A DNA stretch of 64,000 nt, from the IMG/VR virus record IMGVR_UViG_3300032287_001952, positions 4,261 through 68,260 of that record; one strand, 5' to 3'. The position numbers were made by a program, and so were the translations under genes. Below, one piece after another: positions 18,650 through 28,010 of this stretch. Numbering within the stretch: position 1 is the first letter of the stretch; the number at the start of each line of letters is the position of its first letter. The DNA comes from a virus. The notes below the pieces were generated by a model, which saw only the letters and a list, made by a program, of their open reading frames with translations, ran no database searches and had not been told where the DNA came from.

Positions 18650-18987
18650 AACGCTGGTTATTCTCCAATTTCCAAGGACTTCTTGCACTGGCTGTTGCCA
18701 CGACGATTTTCTTTTTCTTGGGGCCAATACTCCAAGGACTAGACACCACCGCAGGTACGGTCGATCTGGGTTCACTGCATGTTCTAGCCTTCGGTGGTGT
18801 CCGCTTTCTTTTCTGCACATTTTTAGCTTGGTCGGTTCTCCAAATGGATTGGAAGATTTTGGATAAGTATGTTGATCGTGGGCTTTTACAAGATGATTGG
18901 AAAGATGCTTTCCCAAAGACAAGGTTATATGTTTTCGTAGCCGTTTACGGAATCTTGCTTTTGGCCGCCATTTTATCATGTCGCTGA
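18646..18987 (+). CDS. Holin-like membrane protein
   Basis: Three hydrophobic segments, directly upstream of the endolysin. Confidence 0.55.
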   Translation: MKRWLFSNFQGLLALAVATTIFFFLGPILQGLDTTAGTVDLGSLHVLAFGGVRFLFCTFLAWSVLQMDWKILDKYVDRGLLQDDWKDAFPKTRLYVFVAVYGILLLAAILSCR

Positions 18988-19502
18988 TTTATGTTCTGGT
19001 TATTGCGATTCTTACCTACCCGCTGGTTGGTGAAGGAGCTACGTCGTCGAGGGAGCTCATCGTTGACCAGGCAAGAGCAGCAATCGGGATTCGGGAATCC
19101 ACGTGTCGGAACGACGGGGCCGTGGTGGACGAGATCCTTTCATCCGTAGATCTCGAAGGCACTAAAGCTCCTTGGTGTGCCGCCTTTGTTGTTTGGGTTG
19201 GCGATAAAGCTTTAACACGTCCTTTCAACCCTTACCCCAGAACCGCTTGGTCTCCGACTATGCTTGTTCGCCCTACTTGGGATAGGACTAGGGGTGGCAA
19301 GCCTTTACAACCAGCGGATGTGTTCGGCGTTTGGTTCAATAGTATGGGTAGGGTTGCTCATACGGGTATCGTAGAGAAGAACGAAGGGGAGTGGATCGTG
19401 ACTATTGAGGGCAATACAAATGGTGGTGGATCTAGAGATGGAGACGGTGTTTATAGACGGCGAAGGCTTGCTAGGAACATTCTTGGGAGGTCTTGGCTAT
19501 GA
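18978..19502 (+). CDS. CHAP-family endolysin with signal peptide
   Basis: PWCAAFV, HTGIV and IEGNT motifs; hydrophobic N-terminus from ATG 18978. Confidence 0.85.
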   Translation: MSLIYVLVIAILTYPLVGEGATSSRELIVDQARAAIGIRESTCRNDGAVVDEILSSVDLEGTKAPWCAAFVVWVGDKALTRPFNPYPRTAWSPTMLVRPTWDRTRGGKPLQPADVFGVWFNSMGRVAHTGIVEKNEGEWIVTIEGNTNGGGSRDGDGVYRRRRLARNILGRSWL

Positions 19503-19924
19503 GTTTACGCATTGGAGCTATTGGCGTGCAACGAGTGGCCGCAAAACTTTTGGAGCAAGGTTTCTTGGTTTGCACGCCCGTAATTGACGAGGGGTACGAT
19601 TTAATAACCGACTGGAGAGGCAAACTCAAAAGAGTTCAAGTTAAGACGACCTCTGGAGCCTCAGATACAAAGACACGCAACAAGCTTAAATTTTTGGCTG
19701 TAAAAGGCCCTGGGTATGGGTACGGAGCTCTTCTTAAAACTTGTAAGAAAAAGGTGATCTACAACAAAACTGACTGCGATATCTTTATTTTCTACCACAT
19801 TCCACAGGATGCCGTGTTTGTAATCCCACGGGCAAAGCTACCCAAGACGAAGTCTATCTACTTCGCCGCAAACTCTGGCTGGAGAGATAACTGGGATGTC
19901 TTGCGAAATATAAAGAAGGGTTAA
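19499..19924 (+). CDS. Free-standing PD-(D/E)XK endonuclease (homing-type)
   Basis: GF-x-V..P....YDLI...RVQVKT and CDIF motifs. Confidence 0.75.
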   Translation: MSLRIGAIGVQRVAAKLLEQGFLVCTPVIDEGYDLITDWRGKLKRVQVKTTSGASDTKTRNKLKFLAVKGPGYGYGALLKTCKKKVIYNKTDCDIFIFYHIPQDAVFVIPRAKLPKTKSIYFAANSGWRDNWDVLRNIKKG

Positions 19925-19933
19925 ACTCTAAAC

Positions 19934-22300
19934 GTGCTTAATGACGCAACACTTTTAGTCGACGGGCAAGTCGATTGGTCTGGTGGTATGGACTCTAATA
20001 TGAGCCCTCAATTGCTATCCGCCGACACAGTTTCTCGTGCGATTAACGTAACTTTTCGGACTGGCAAAGCCGCCAATCGCCCAGGCTTCACGCAGTTGGG
20101 ATTATCTGACGGGGCAACCCCAGGCCTCGACGCTTTCTCCAACGGATACTACCAAGGTGGAATGCTCTACTCAGAAACTAGGACTACAATCGATTCTTCT
20201 TTGATTTGTGTTTGCGATGGATACGTGTTCAAGATTAACTTGTCGACTGGTGCCACGGATCGATTATACCCTCGAACGTCTGCTGGGATCGACAATACGT
20301 CGCATCGACTTGACCCAGTAGCTAGGTGTTATTTTGTACGTGCCGAGAAGTATATGATCATCCAAGATGGTGTGAGCACTCCTCTCATATTTGACGGAGA
20401 CTATCTGTATGAATCTGGGATCGGCCCATCGCTATCGACTGGCTCAATTTCGCAGATTCACAATATCGGGCCTGGTTCGATTATGGCTTACGGCCAAGGT
20501 CGCCTATTTGTAACAAACGTTGCAAAAACTAAGATTTACGCTGGTGATCTTATCTATGGTGGCAGCACCTCTCAAGTTCAAATCACCAGTGGCGTATTTA
20601 CTTCCCCCTATTACCGACTAACCACCCTCTCCAATCATGGGCTTGCTATCGGCGACGTGATTTCTATTTCTGGCCATTCCTCAGACCAAACTATCAATGG
20701 AACTTGGTCGGTAAAAGCTGTTCCAACAAGTACTACATTTGACATTGATTTTGGAATAACTACCGCAACAGGCACTGGTGGCTATGTTACCGAAGCCAAT
20801 CTGGGATCTGACTCGGATCTTCTTCGTTTTACTGAGCTTACCTATTTAAATGAAGGTGGAGCCCTTCAGCCAGCTACGTTCTTGGGCAAGATCACTGGTC
20901 TCCAGTTTCTGCCCATGCAAGACACCGCTACTGGTCTCGGGGACTTACTAGTTATGTGCGAGCGAGGAATTGTTTCACTTTCCGTTTCAGTCCCTCGAAC
21001 TTCGTGGAAAAACACTTCTGGTTTTCAGCGTATCGTGCTCACCGACGTTGGTTGCGTAGGCCATACAAGTATTTGCTCGACCAACGGTGACGTGTTTTTC
21101 AGAGCCTTTGACGGACTTCGAACATACCGAAATGCACGAGCAGAGATTGGTCTATACGGGCAAGTCCCAATCTCAACCGAGATGGAATATATCTTTAACA
21201 GCGATAGCCAAAACTATCTCGACTATGTGAGTGGCATTACGTTCGACAATCGACTTCTAGTTACTTGCACTCCGAAAGTTGATTACGCCAATAGCACCTA
21301 TAGCACAACCGGTAAATTGCGACCAGTGACCTTCGGTGGGATGGTTGCTCTAGACTTTACGTCAGTTACGGGTATCGGTGCACACAGAACTCCTGCTTAC
21401 GACGGGGTTTGGACTGGTCTTGATATTGTGCAATTACACACAGGTCTTGTCGCTGGAAAGCCAAAAGCTTTCGCTGTTAGCCTCGACTACACTAATTCTG
21501 GTTTACTTGGTGTTTGGGAGATAACGAGATTTGGTGATTCCGATCTTACTTCAGATGGAGTATCTTCCCCAATTCGCTCCATTATCGAAACTCGAGCCTT
21601 GTCTTGTGGAACTCCACTAGAGCAGAAAAAGTTAATTCGATCCGATATGTGGATTTCCGGCATTGAGGGGAGTGTTGATTTTGAAGTTTACTGGAGACCC
21701 GATGAATATCCCTGTTGGCGTCCCTGGCATACTTTCACACGTTGTGCGACAGTTGGTAATTGTGTTGTTGGAACTCCAGTCATAGCAACTTCTTCTGGTT
21801 CGTGGACACTAACCTACAACTCCTCTGCGTTGCAGCGATACAAGATTGTAGCTGACAAAACTGCAACAACCGCACTGCAATTTGCTAACCAAGCCAACGA
21901 CAGCAGTACTGTTTCTACCGCGCTTACTGCTGCGGGGATTACACACGCTTCTGTAACACGCTCTGGAACCTTCCCGAATTATGTTTATACCATTAATGGT
22001 CCAGTCAGCATTAGCGGCACTACGGTCTCCCGTCTAACAGTTACCCCAATTCAAAATCCCACAAGTTCGCAATGCGACGCCGACTTTGCCCCAAAAAATC
22101 TCCTTGCCCAGTACCGACCGCAAATTCGTCTTCCCACGCCTCCAGAGGATACTGATCCTATTGTTAATAAACCATATACCTACGGAAACGATTTTCAGCT
22201 TAGGTTTGAGTGGGAGGGCAAAGCAACTATCAGTAGATATCTTATTCTAGTTCAACGTATCCTTGAGCAGTACCAAGGTATCGATTTTGTGGAGTTATAA
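19934..22300 (+). CDS. Tail tube/nozzle (P22 gp10 or T7 gp12-like) protein
   Basis: 788 aa, beta-propeller-like (GRLFV, DVGCVG, FDNRLLV); internal NHGLAIGDVISISG insert; promoter TTGCGA-N15-TAAACT. Confidence 0.7.
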   Translation: MLNDATLLVDGQVDWSGGMDSNMSPQLLSADTVSRAINVTFRTGKAANRPGFTQLGLSDGATPGLDAFSNGYYQGGMLYSETRTTIDSSLICVCDGYVFKINLSTGATDRLYPRTSAGIDNTSHRLDPVARCYFVRAEKYMIIQDGVSTPLIFDGDYLYESGIGPSLSTGSISQIHNIGPGSIMAYGQGRLFVTNVAKTKIYAGDLIYGGSTSQVQITSGVFTSPYYRLTTLSNHGLAIGDVISISGHSSDQTINGTWSVKAVPTSTTFDIDFGITTATGTGGYVTEANLGSDSDLLRFTELTYLNEGGALQPATFLGKITGLQFLPMQDTATGLGDLLVMCERGIVSLSVSVPRTSWKNTSGFQRIVLTDVGCVGHTSICSTNGDVFFRAFDGLRTYRNARAEIGLYGQVPISTEMEYIFNSDSQNYLDYVSGITFDNRLLVTCTPKVDYANSTYSTTGKLRPVTFGGMVALDFTSVTGIGAHRTPAYDGVWTGLDIVQLHTGLVAGKPKAFAVSLDYTNSGLLGVWEITRFGDSDLTSDGVSSPIRSIIETRALSCGTPLEQKKLIRSDMWISGIEGSVDFEVYWRPDEYPCWRPWHTFTRCATVGNCVVGTPVIATSSGSWTLTYNSSALQRYKIVADKTATTALQFANQANDSSTVSTALTAAGITHASVTRSGTFPNYVYTINGPVSISGTTVSRLTVTPIQNPTSSQCDADFAPKNLLAQYRPQIRLPTPPEDTDPIVNKPYTYGNDFQLRFEWEGKATISRYLILVQRILEQYQGIDFVEL

Positions 22301-22301
22301 T

Positions 22302-22466
22302 ATGGCTGACGAAACATGCGTAGAACTTGATTGTTGCCCACCACCACTACTTCAATTTAGGACGTCCACATCTTCTCTACTTTTAGCCGAAAATAGCACT
22401 GGTGTTGGTGTTCCTACCGATGGCTACACACTGTTGACAGAAGATAGTTTGGAGATAAAAACGTAG
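22302..22466 (+). CDS. Small tail protein
   Basis: MADETCVELDCCPP...LLAE...LLTED; this motif commonly precedes KIS-x-L fibre proteins. Confidence 0.5.
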   Translation: MADETCVELDCCPPPLLQFRTSTSSLLLAENSTGVGVPTDGYTLLTEDSLEIKT

Positions 22467-22476
22467 TACCACCTAT

Positions 22477-24522
22477 ATGGCAGGCGTAAAAATTTCAGCT
22501 CTATCGTCCTCTGCTTCCTTCACGGATACCGATGTTATACCAGTAGTATCTGGTGGCGTTACCAAAAAGGTCACTGGTGCTGTTGTTAAGGCCGCTATTG
22601 GCGTTCCTGCGGCTGGCACTGTAGGTACTACTCAGCTCGCCAACGGGTCGGTGACTAGCCCTAAATTCGCCACTGGAGCCGTTGACGCTGCGGCCATTGG
22701 TGCCTTGGCTGTTGAGACAGCTAAAATCAATGATTCCGCAGTTACTACTGCCAAAATTGCCGACGCCAATGTAACCCTTGGCAAGCTCGAAAGCTCCGTC
22801 CAAGGAACCCTTTCACGAGCTGGCCAATCTAGGTCTGGTACTACAATCCCAACTACTGGTTCTGTTAAAGGGGTTGTTGTTCTTTCTGGTGGTTCTGGCT
22901 ACGCCTCTGGGGTAACAGTTTCTATCGCAGCACCGCCATCCGGTGTTACGGCTACAGCTACAGCCACTGTTTCCAGCGGGGTAGTTACAGCAATCACGAT
23001 TGTTACCGAAGGGTCTGGGTATGTCGACCAGAACCCAGTGGTCACAATAACAGCAGTTGGGGCTGGGTCTGGAGCTACCGCCGTTGCCTACGCAATGGTT
23101 GAGCCTTTAATTAACGACGACGGTTTGCACTCGCGAAATAGTATTTACGCATTCTTCGCCATTTCCTCAAATGATAATATTGTAGTTGCTGGGAACAATA
23201 ATTCATATTCACTTGGCAACGGTCCAAATAATGATGCCGCAAATCACGCAGTAAATTTTCCAATTGTTGGATATGACGGAGTTAAAGTAAAACCAATTGC
23301 TATTTATTCATCAAATGACTCTACTTATGTTCTAGGATCCGATGGATCTTTGTGGAGTGCTGGTCAAAACGACTATGGTCAATTGGGTAGGGGAACTCCT
23401 GGTATTTCTTCGTATACCAATAACAAAACTGTTTTTGAGAAAATTTCGTTTAGTGGTGGTGGGATAGTTAAAAAATTTGCTACATCCCTATCTACAGGAT
23501 CTCAGTCAACTTGTTTAGCTCTTGTCCAAACATCTTCTGGTGAAACATTGTACGGATGGGGTTATAACGGAAATGGACAACTCGGGAACGGCGGGACAGG
23601 CAACGCAAATACACCACAAGTTTTGTCTTGCTCAGATGGAGCCTCCACAGTTACCGACATAGGGGTTATTGGTCGGGCAGCCGGTTGCGTATGTGTAGTA
23701 TTATTTTCTTCGGGCAGGGTTAAAGCCGCTGGGTATAATGGCCATGCCCAATTAAGCCGAGGCAACGCTGTAGCTCAAACTACATTTGATTTCATTAATA
23801 CCTCTTCGGGTACCCCCTTGACAAATGTTGTTGAGCTTGGTGGGATGGACGCAAATTATGCTACATTATTTTTTAGAACAAGTACTGGGTATATATATTC
23901 TGTTGGTTATGGTGTAAATGGCGAGCTTGGCCAAGGGATTTCTGGCGCAGGAGCTTACTCTACAACGTATGTTGCTCAAGTTACCGGTGGAAATGTTTGG
24001 CCTACCGGTACAACTAGGTCAATGTTTTTAAGTGGGGGGTATACCACAGGATTTGGGTTTGCTTTTAAAGCAGACGGAACTTTGTGGGGTTGGGGATACA
24101 ACAATAACGGCCAACTAGGTGATTCAACAATTTCCACTAAATCCTCACCCGTTGCAATTCCGGGTGGATTTAACGTCAGCAATGTTTCTAAAATATGCCC
24201 GTTATCCTCTGAAGACAGCTCAAATACATCATCTTCAGCAATCTTAAAAACGGATGGTTCTATTTTTGCCACTGGTTACAATGGGTATGGTCAACTTGGT
24301 TTAGGGTATCAACTTAGCCCAACCTCCTTTGTACAAGCTAGAATGGATAAAAGTATTGTAAAAAGCATATATTTTATTGGGCACTACGGTTATCAGTATT
24401 ACCTTGGTGTTCACACAACTGACGGAAGTTTTTATACTTCTGGCGACAACACTTATGGTCAAGGGTTGCGCGGTTTTGACTCTGGGTCTAGGACAGCCAC
24501 TTTCGTTCAAGGGAGATTATAA
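22477..24522 (+). CDS. Tail fibre with RCC1/BLIP-II repeats
   Basis: VKISAL N-terminus, AVTTAKIAD repeats, multiple GxNxxGQLG repeats. Confidence 0.85.
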   Translation: MAGVKISALSSSASFTDTDVIPVVSGGVTKKVTGAVVKAAIGVPAAGTVGTTQLANGSVTSPKFATGAVDAAAIGALAVETAKINDSAVTTAKIADANVTLGKLESSVQGTLSRAGQSRSGTTIPTTGSVKGVVVLSGGSGYASGVTVSIAAPPSGVTATATATVSSGVVTAITIVTEGSGYVDQNPVVTITAVGAGSGATAVAYAMVEPLINDDGLHSRNSIYAFFAISSNDNIVVAGNNNSYSLGNGPNNDAANHAVNFPIVGYDGVKVKPIAIYSSNDSTYVLGSDGSLWSAGQNDYGQLGRGTPGISSYTNNKTVFEKISFSGGGIVKKFATSLSTGSQSTCLALVQTSSGETLYGWGYNGNGQLGNGGTGNANTPQVLSCSDGASTVTDIGVIGRAAGCVCVVLFSSGRVKAAGYNGHAQLSRGNAVAQTTFDFINTSSGTPLTNVVELGGMDANYATLFFRTSTGYIYSVGYGVNGELGQGISGAGAYSTTYVAQVTGGNVWPTGTTRSMFLSGGYTTGFGFAFKADGTLWGWGYNNNGQLGDSTISTKSSPVAIPGGFNVSNVSKICPLSSEDSSNTSSSAILKTDGSIFATGYNGYGQLGLGYQLSPTSFVQARMDKSIVKSIYFIGHYGYQYYLGVHTTDGSFYTSGDNTYGQGLRGFDSGSRTATFVQGRL

Positions 24523-24980
24523 TGCCTCTTATACCGGGAACACTTCCACCAGATACGTGCTACGGAACCCCGCAGTCGTTGCTTGAGCTTTTTGCTCAGT
24601 ACCTCGATGCCATTCCTTCGGCCTCCAACACCTCGGTACAATCCGTTGCTTGGGTTGAGTTTGATGTTACTGCGGCTGGGTCTAATCCTCGTACTGTTGC
24701 AAACAACGGGATTAAACGGCAGTATAACGTGGCTAGCGTCAACCGCACGGCTACTGGTGTTTATGCTGTCTCCTTCACTACTTCGCTTTCCTCCGCAAAT
24801 TACACAGTAAACGCCAACATTGGTTTGGCTTCTGGAACTCCGTCTGGAACAACTCAGCCAGTGATTTCATACCATACCAAAACAGCATCTGGCTTTTCCG
24901 TCAGCTTGCTTACTGGTGGCACTGGAACTGCCGCAGATCTCACCAACGGGCTTGTTTCGATCGTGGTATTCGGGAGTTAA
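24522..24980 (+). CDS. Tail fibre-associated protein
   Basis: AWVEF...YNVASVNRTATGVY..F..ANY motif of fibre C-terminal domains. Confidence 0.6.
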   Translation: MPLIPGTLPPDTCYGTPQSLLELFAQYLDAIPSASNTSVQSVAWVEFDVTAAGSNPRTVANNGIKRQYNVASVNRTATGVYAVSFTTSLSSANYTVNANIGLASGTPSGTTQPVISYHTKTASGFSVSLLTGGTGTAADLTNGLVSIVVFGS

Positions 24981-24983
24981 GTT

Positions 24984-26279
24984 ATGGCCATTACTCTTTC
25001 TGAGGCCAAAGCTTTTCTAGCACCTTACGTCGATAACGGCATCTATCCAGGCGACGACCGAGTAATCGCACGTATCAACGAAGCCCAACGTCGTCTTCAC
25101 AGCTATCGTGCTTGGCTTGGTGTCATGGCGAAGTTTGCTGTGAACGTTGTCGGTAATACTTTTGCTCTCCCAGCCCAGACTGGCAACATTAGCACGTTTG
25201 CTGGATTTGGTTTAGAGTCAGCGACACGTATTGCAGAGACTTCCGCTCCAGTTGGTTTTATGACCAACGACGTGCAAGCGTTCATCGGGGACAGCGGATC
25301 TCTTGTTAAGGTTAAATTTGCAGCTGCTATCGGAGACTACAAAACGTTTGAATTGATCGGGGACAGCGTTAACGTAATTCGCGTTGAGGTGACTGGTAAA
25401 CTCAACTATGTCCCAGCAGTTAACGATACCGATCTATTGGTTATCCAAGATTTGGATGCGCTGAAGCTTATGGTCCTTGCTTTGTGGCGAGAACAAGGTG
25501 GTCAGCTTGATGTTGCCAAAGGCTTTATTGATCAAGCCATAGAGAGGCTTACGACAAAAACCGACAGGTCGATTGAAGCGGCAAGACGTGTTAACTTCCA
25601 ATCCCAGGTATATTCTAGCCTACCAGATTCCCTCGGGGATTATCGCGCCCGTCTCGCCTTGGATTTGGCGGACGGAATTAAAATCGCAGACGCCGAACTC
25701 GTCAACATAATCAACGACGCAGAGGAGACAATCTTTGCCCGTGGTCGTTGGTACGGAACTATCGAACGTTATCGATTCAACGTTACCGAAACAAACGAGA
25801 TTTTGGTACCTAGCTCAATCGGCGCAATCCTTTACGTAAGCATGGGGAATGTGCCTACCTACATCTTTGACCGCAATCACGATTTCCACGAAAACGGACG
25901 TGGGTTCAATGAACGTGATTCGCAAGGGTACAACCTCCTTATTGATCGTGGGGAAGTTTTTGCAAACGGGGCGTGGCATCGAAAATACTTTATTCGTGAC
26001 GGAGGAAGGCCAGAATGTATCGAGGTTCTCGCTAAGAAGCGGTGGTTCCCTAAAAATCTGGATTCCGACATGATGGACATTCGAAACTTCCAAGCCCTCA
26101 AGGAAATGGTTATGGCCATCCAAGCCGCCAAGGACAAGCCAGAACTTTCCAAGTTTTACGAAGATCGTTGCATAGCTCTTTTGCAGAAGCAACTTACCGA
26201 AATGCGTGGTGGGGCTAGAACTATGGTTCAAGTTCAGATGCCAGCATTTGCAACCAGTGGAATCCCAGCCCTAATTTAA
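24984..26279 (+). CDS. Head-tail adaptor (tubular A-like), tandem duplicated
   Basis: RINEAQRRL...W-G and IINDAEETI...WYG; DALKLMV and QALKEMV. Confidence 0.6.
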   Translation: MAITLSEAKAFLAPYVDNGIYPGDDRVIARINEAQRRLHSYRAWLGVMAKFAVNVVGNTFALPAQTGNISTFAGFGLESATRIAETSAPVGFMTNDVQAFIGDSGSLVKVKFAAAIGDYKTFELIGDSVNVIRVEVTGKLNYVPAVNDTDLLVIQDLDALKLMVLALWREQGGQLDVAKGFIDQAIERLTTKTDRSIEAARRVNFQSQVYSSLPDSLGDYRARLALDLADGIKIADAELVNIINDAEETIFARGRWYGTIERYRFNVTETNEILVPSSIGAILYVSMGNVPTYIFDRNHDFHENGRGFNERDSQGYNLLIDRGEVFANGAWHRKYFIRDGGRPECIEVLAKKRWFPKNLDSDMMDIRNFQALKEMVMAIQAAKDKPELSKFYEDRCIALLQKQLTEMRGGARTMVQVQMPAFATSGIPALI

Positions 26280-26280
26280 T

Positions 26281-26427
26281 ATGCCAGCCACAGTTACAAC
26301 TGAGTGCACGTATGAAACCTTGGCTTTTGCCACGGAATGCTTACCAGGGGTGTACTATTGGCAAGACTATGATTTAATAGGAGAGAACTGGGAGCAACTA
26401 ACCGACAACTGGGAGACATTAGCATGA
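26281..26427 (+). CDS. Small Trp-repeat protein (48 aa)
   Basis: Manual translation ...YYWQDYDLIGENWEQLTDNWETLA; ATGA overlap with the next gene. Confidence 0.55.
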   Translation: MPATVTTECTYETLAFATECLPGVYYWQDYDLIGENWEQLTDNWETLA

Positions 26428-28007
26428 GTACATTGACAGGACGGACAATTGCGGATTCGTATACTGAGCTGTTAAAGACATCTTCGACAGATGGCTTGTC
26501 TTCAACTCTCGTCACCATTGAGGACGGAGATGCAACAGTTTCAGCTCTTTCGATCTCTACAGCTGGTATCGCCTCTTCTGGTACGCTTAGCGTATCTAGT
26601 TCCACCTCTCTAAATACTTTAGCTGTTTCTGGAGCATCGACGTTTACTGGAAATGCATCTTTCGCCACGTTAAACTCCTCTAACTTCTCCGCCACAATGG
26701 TCGGAGGAACAATCAACGGAGCATCAATCGGGGCTACAAACCCATCGACTGGTGTCTTTACGCAAGTCAATGTAACTGGAGCTGGTGCTCTTCGTTTGGA
26801 GGACACAGCTGGTGGTCAGTATGTTGGGTTTAAATCTCCGACTACAATTGCTACCAGCTATACACTCACTCTTCCGTCAGCAACTGGTTCTGCTGGGTTT
26901 ACGCTTATTACTGACGGATCTGGGAACCTAACCTGGCAGAATCCTTCTGGTGTTGGAGGTGGCGTTTCGCTTATCAGTGCTGGGGATACATCATTGGCAA
27001 TCGTTGATTCTGGTACTGGTACTGTTGTCGGGTCAGTTGACGGAGTTCAAAAGTTTTTGCTAGATGCATCTGGAATGTCCATCACTGGAGACTTGACGGT
27101 TAGCGGAACTTTTGTTGGAACAGCCACGAATGCCAATACTCTCACCACTGGTCGTAACTTCTCGATCACTGGTGATGTAACGGCACCCGCCATTTCTTTC
27201 AACGGATCTGGGAATGTCGCTTTAGCTTCTACACTTGCTAGCGGTGTCGTAAACAACTCGAACGTTGGTGCCTCTGCCGCAATTGCATTCTCAAAGCTCG
27301 CTAGTTTGACCTCTGGCAATATCTTGGTCGGTAACGCATCTAATGTACCGACCTCAGTTGCTGTATCTGGTGATGCCACCATCGCTAATACTGGTGCCGT
27401 AACGATTGCAAACAACGCAATCACGAACGCAAAGGTTTCGACGTCTGCGGCGATTGCTTTCTCAAAGTTAGGTTCTCTCACCACTGGCCAGATTGTTGCT
27501 GGTAATGTTGGGGTTGCCACGGCTACGACTCTCGGTGGTGATGCGACGATCGGTGCTACTGGGACTTTGACGATTGCCAACGATGCAATTACAACTGCGA
27601 AAATTCTTAACTCTAATGTAACTTCCGCCAAAGTCGATACGACTAGCGTAGCAGTTCTTGGAACAGCTCAGCAGTATACACGAACACATAACTTTTACTT
27701 AAACACCCCGCTTACAGATGCCGCGACAATCAGTTGGGATGCCTCCCAAAACCAAGTTGCTACCGTTACCTTGACGGCAACCGGGAGAGCTCTTGCGAAC
27801 CCAACAAATTTAGCGAGTGGGGCCGTTTACATTTTGATCGTCAAACAGAACGGAACTGGGAACAACACATTGTCGTTCGGTGCTAACTACAAGTGGCCCT
27901 CATCTGCCACACCAACGGTGACACAAACAGCAAACTCAGCGAGCATTCTTACCTTCATATCCGACGGAACCTACATGTACGGAGTTTCGTCGTTGAACTA
28001 CACGTAA
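26424..28007 (+). CDS. Tail fibre protein
   Basis: S/T/G/A rich; TDGSGNLTW and AAIAFSKL repeats; C-terminal ISWDAS..Q..L.NPTN domain. Confidence 0.8.
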   Translation: MSTLTGRTIADSYTELLKTSSTDGLSSTLVTIEDGDATVSALSISTAGIASSGTLSVSSSTSLNTLAVSGASTFTGNASFATLNSSNFSATMVGGTINGASIGATNPSTGVFTQVNVTGAGALRLEDTAGGQYVGFKSPTTIATSYTLTLPSATGSAGFTLITDGSGNLTWQNPSGVGGGVSLISAGDTSLAIVDSGTGTVVGSVDGVQKFLLDASGMSITGDLTVSGTFVGTATNANTLTTGRNFSITGDVTAPAISFNGSGNVALASTLASGVVNNSNVGASAAIAFSKLASLTSGNILVGNASNVPTSVAVSGDATIANTGAVTIANNAITNAKVSTSAAIAFSKLGSLTTGQIVAGNVGVATATTLGGDATIGATGTLTIANDAITTAKILNSNVTSAKVDTTSVAVLGTAQQYTRTHNFYLNTPLTDAATISWDASQNQVATVTLTATGRALANPTNLASGAVYILIVKQNGTGNNTLSFGANYKWPSSATPTVTQTANSASILTFISDGTYMYGVSSLNYT

Positions 28008-28010
28008 GCC

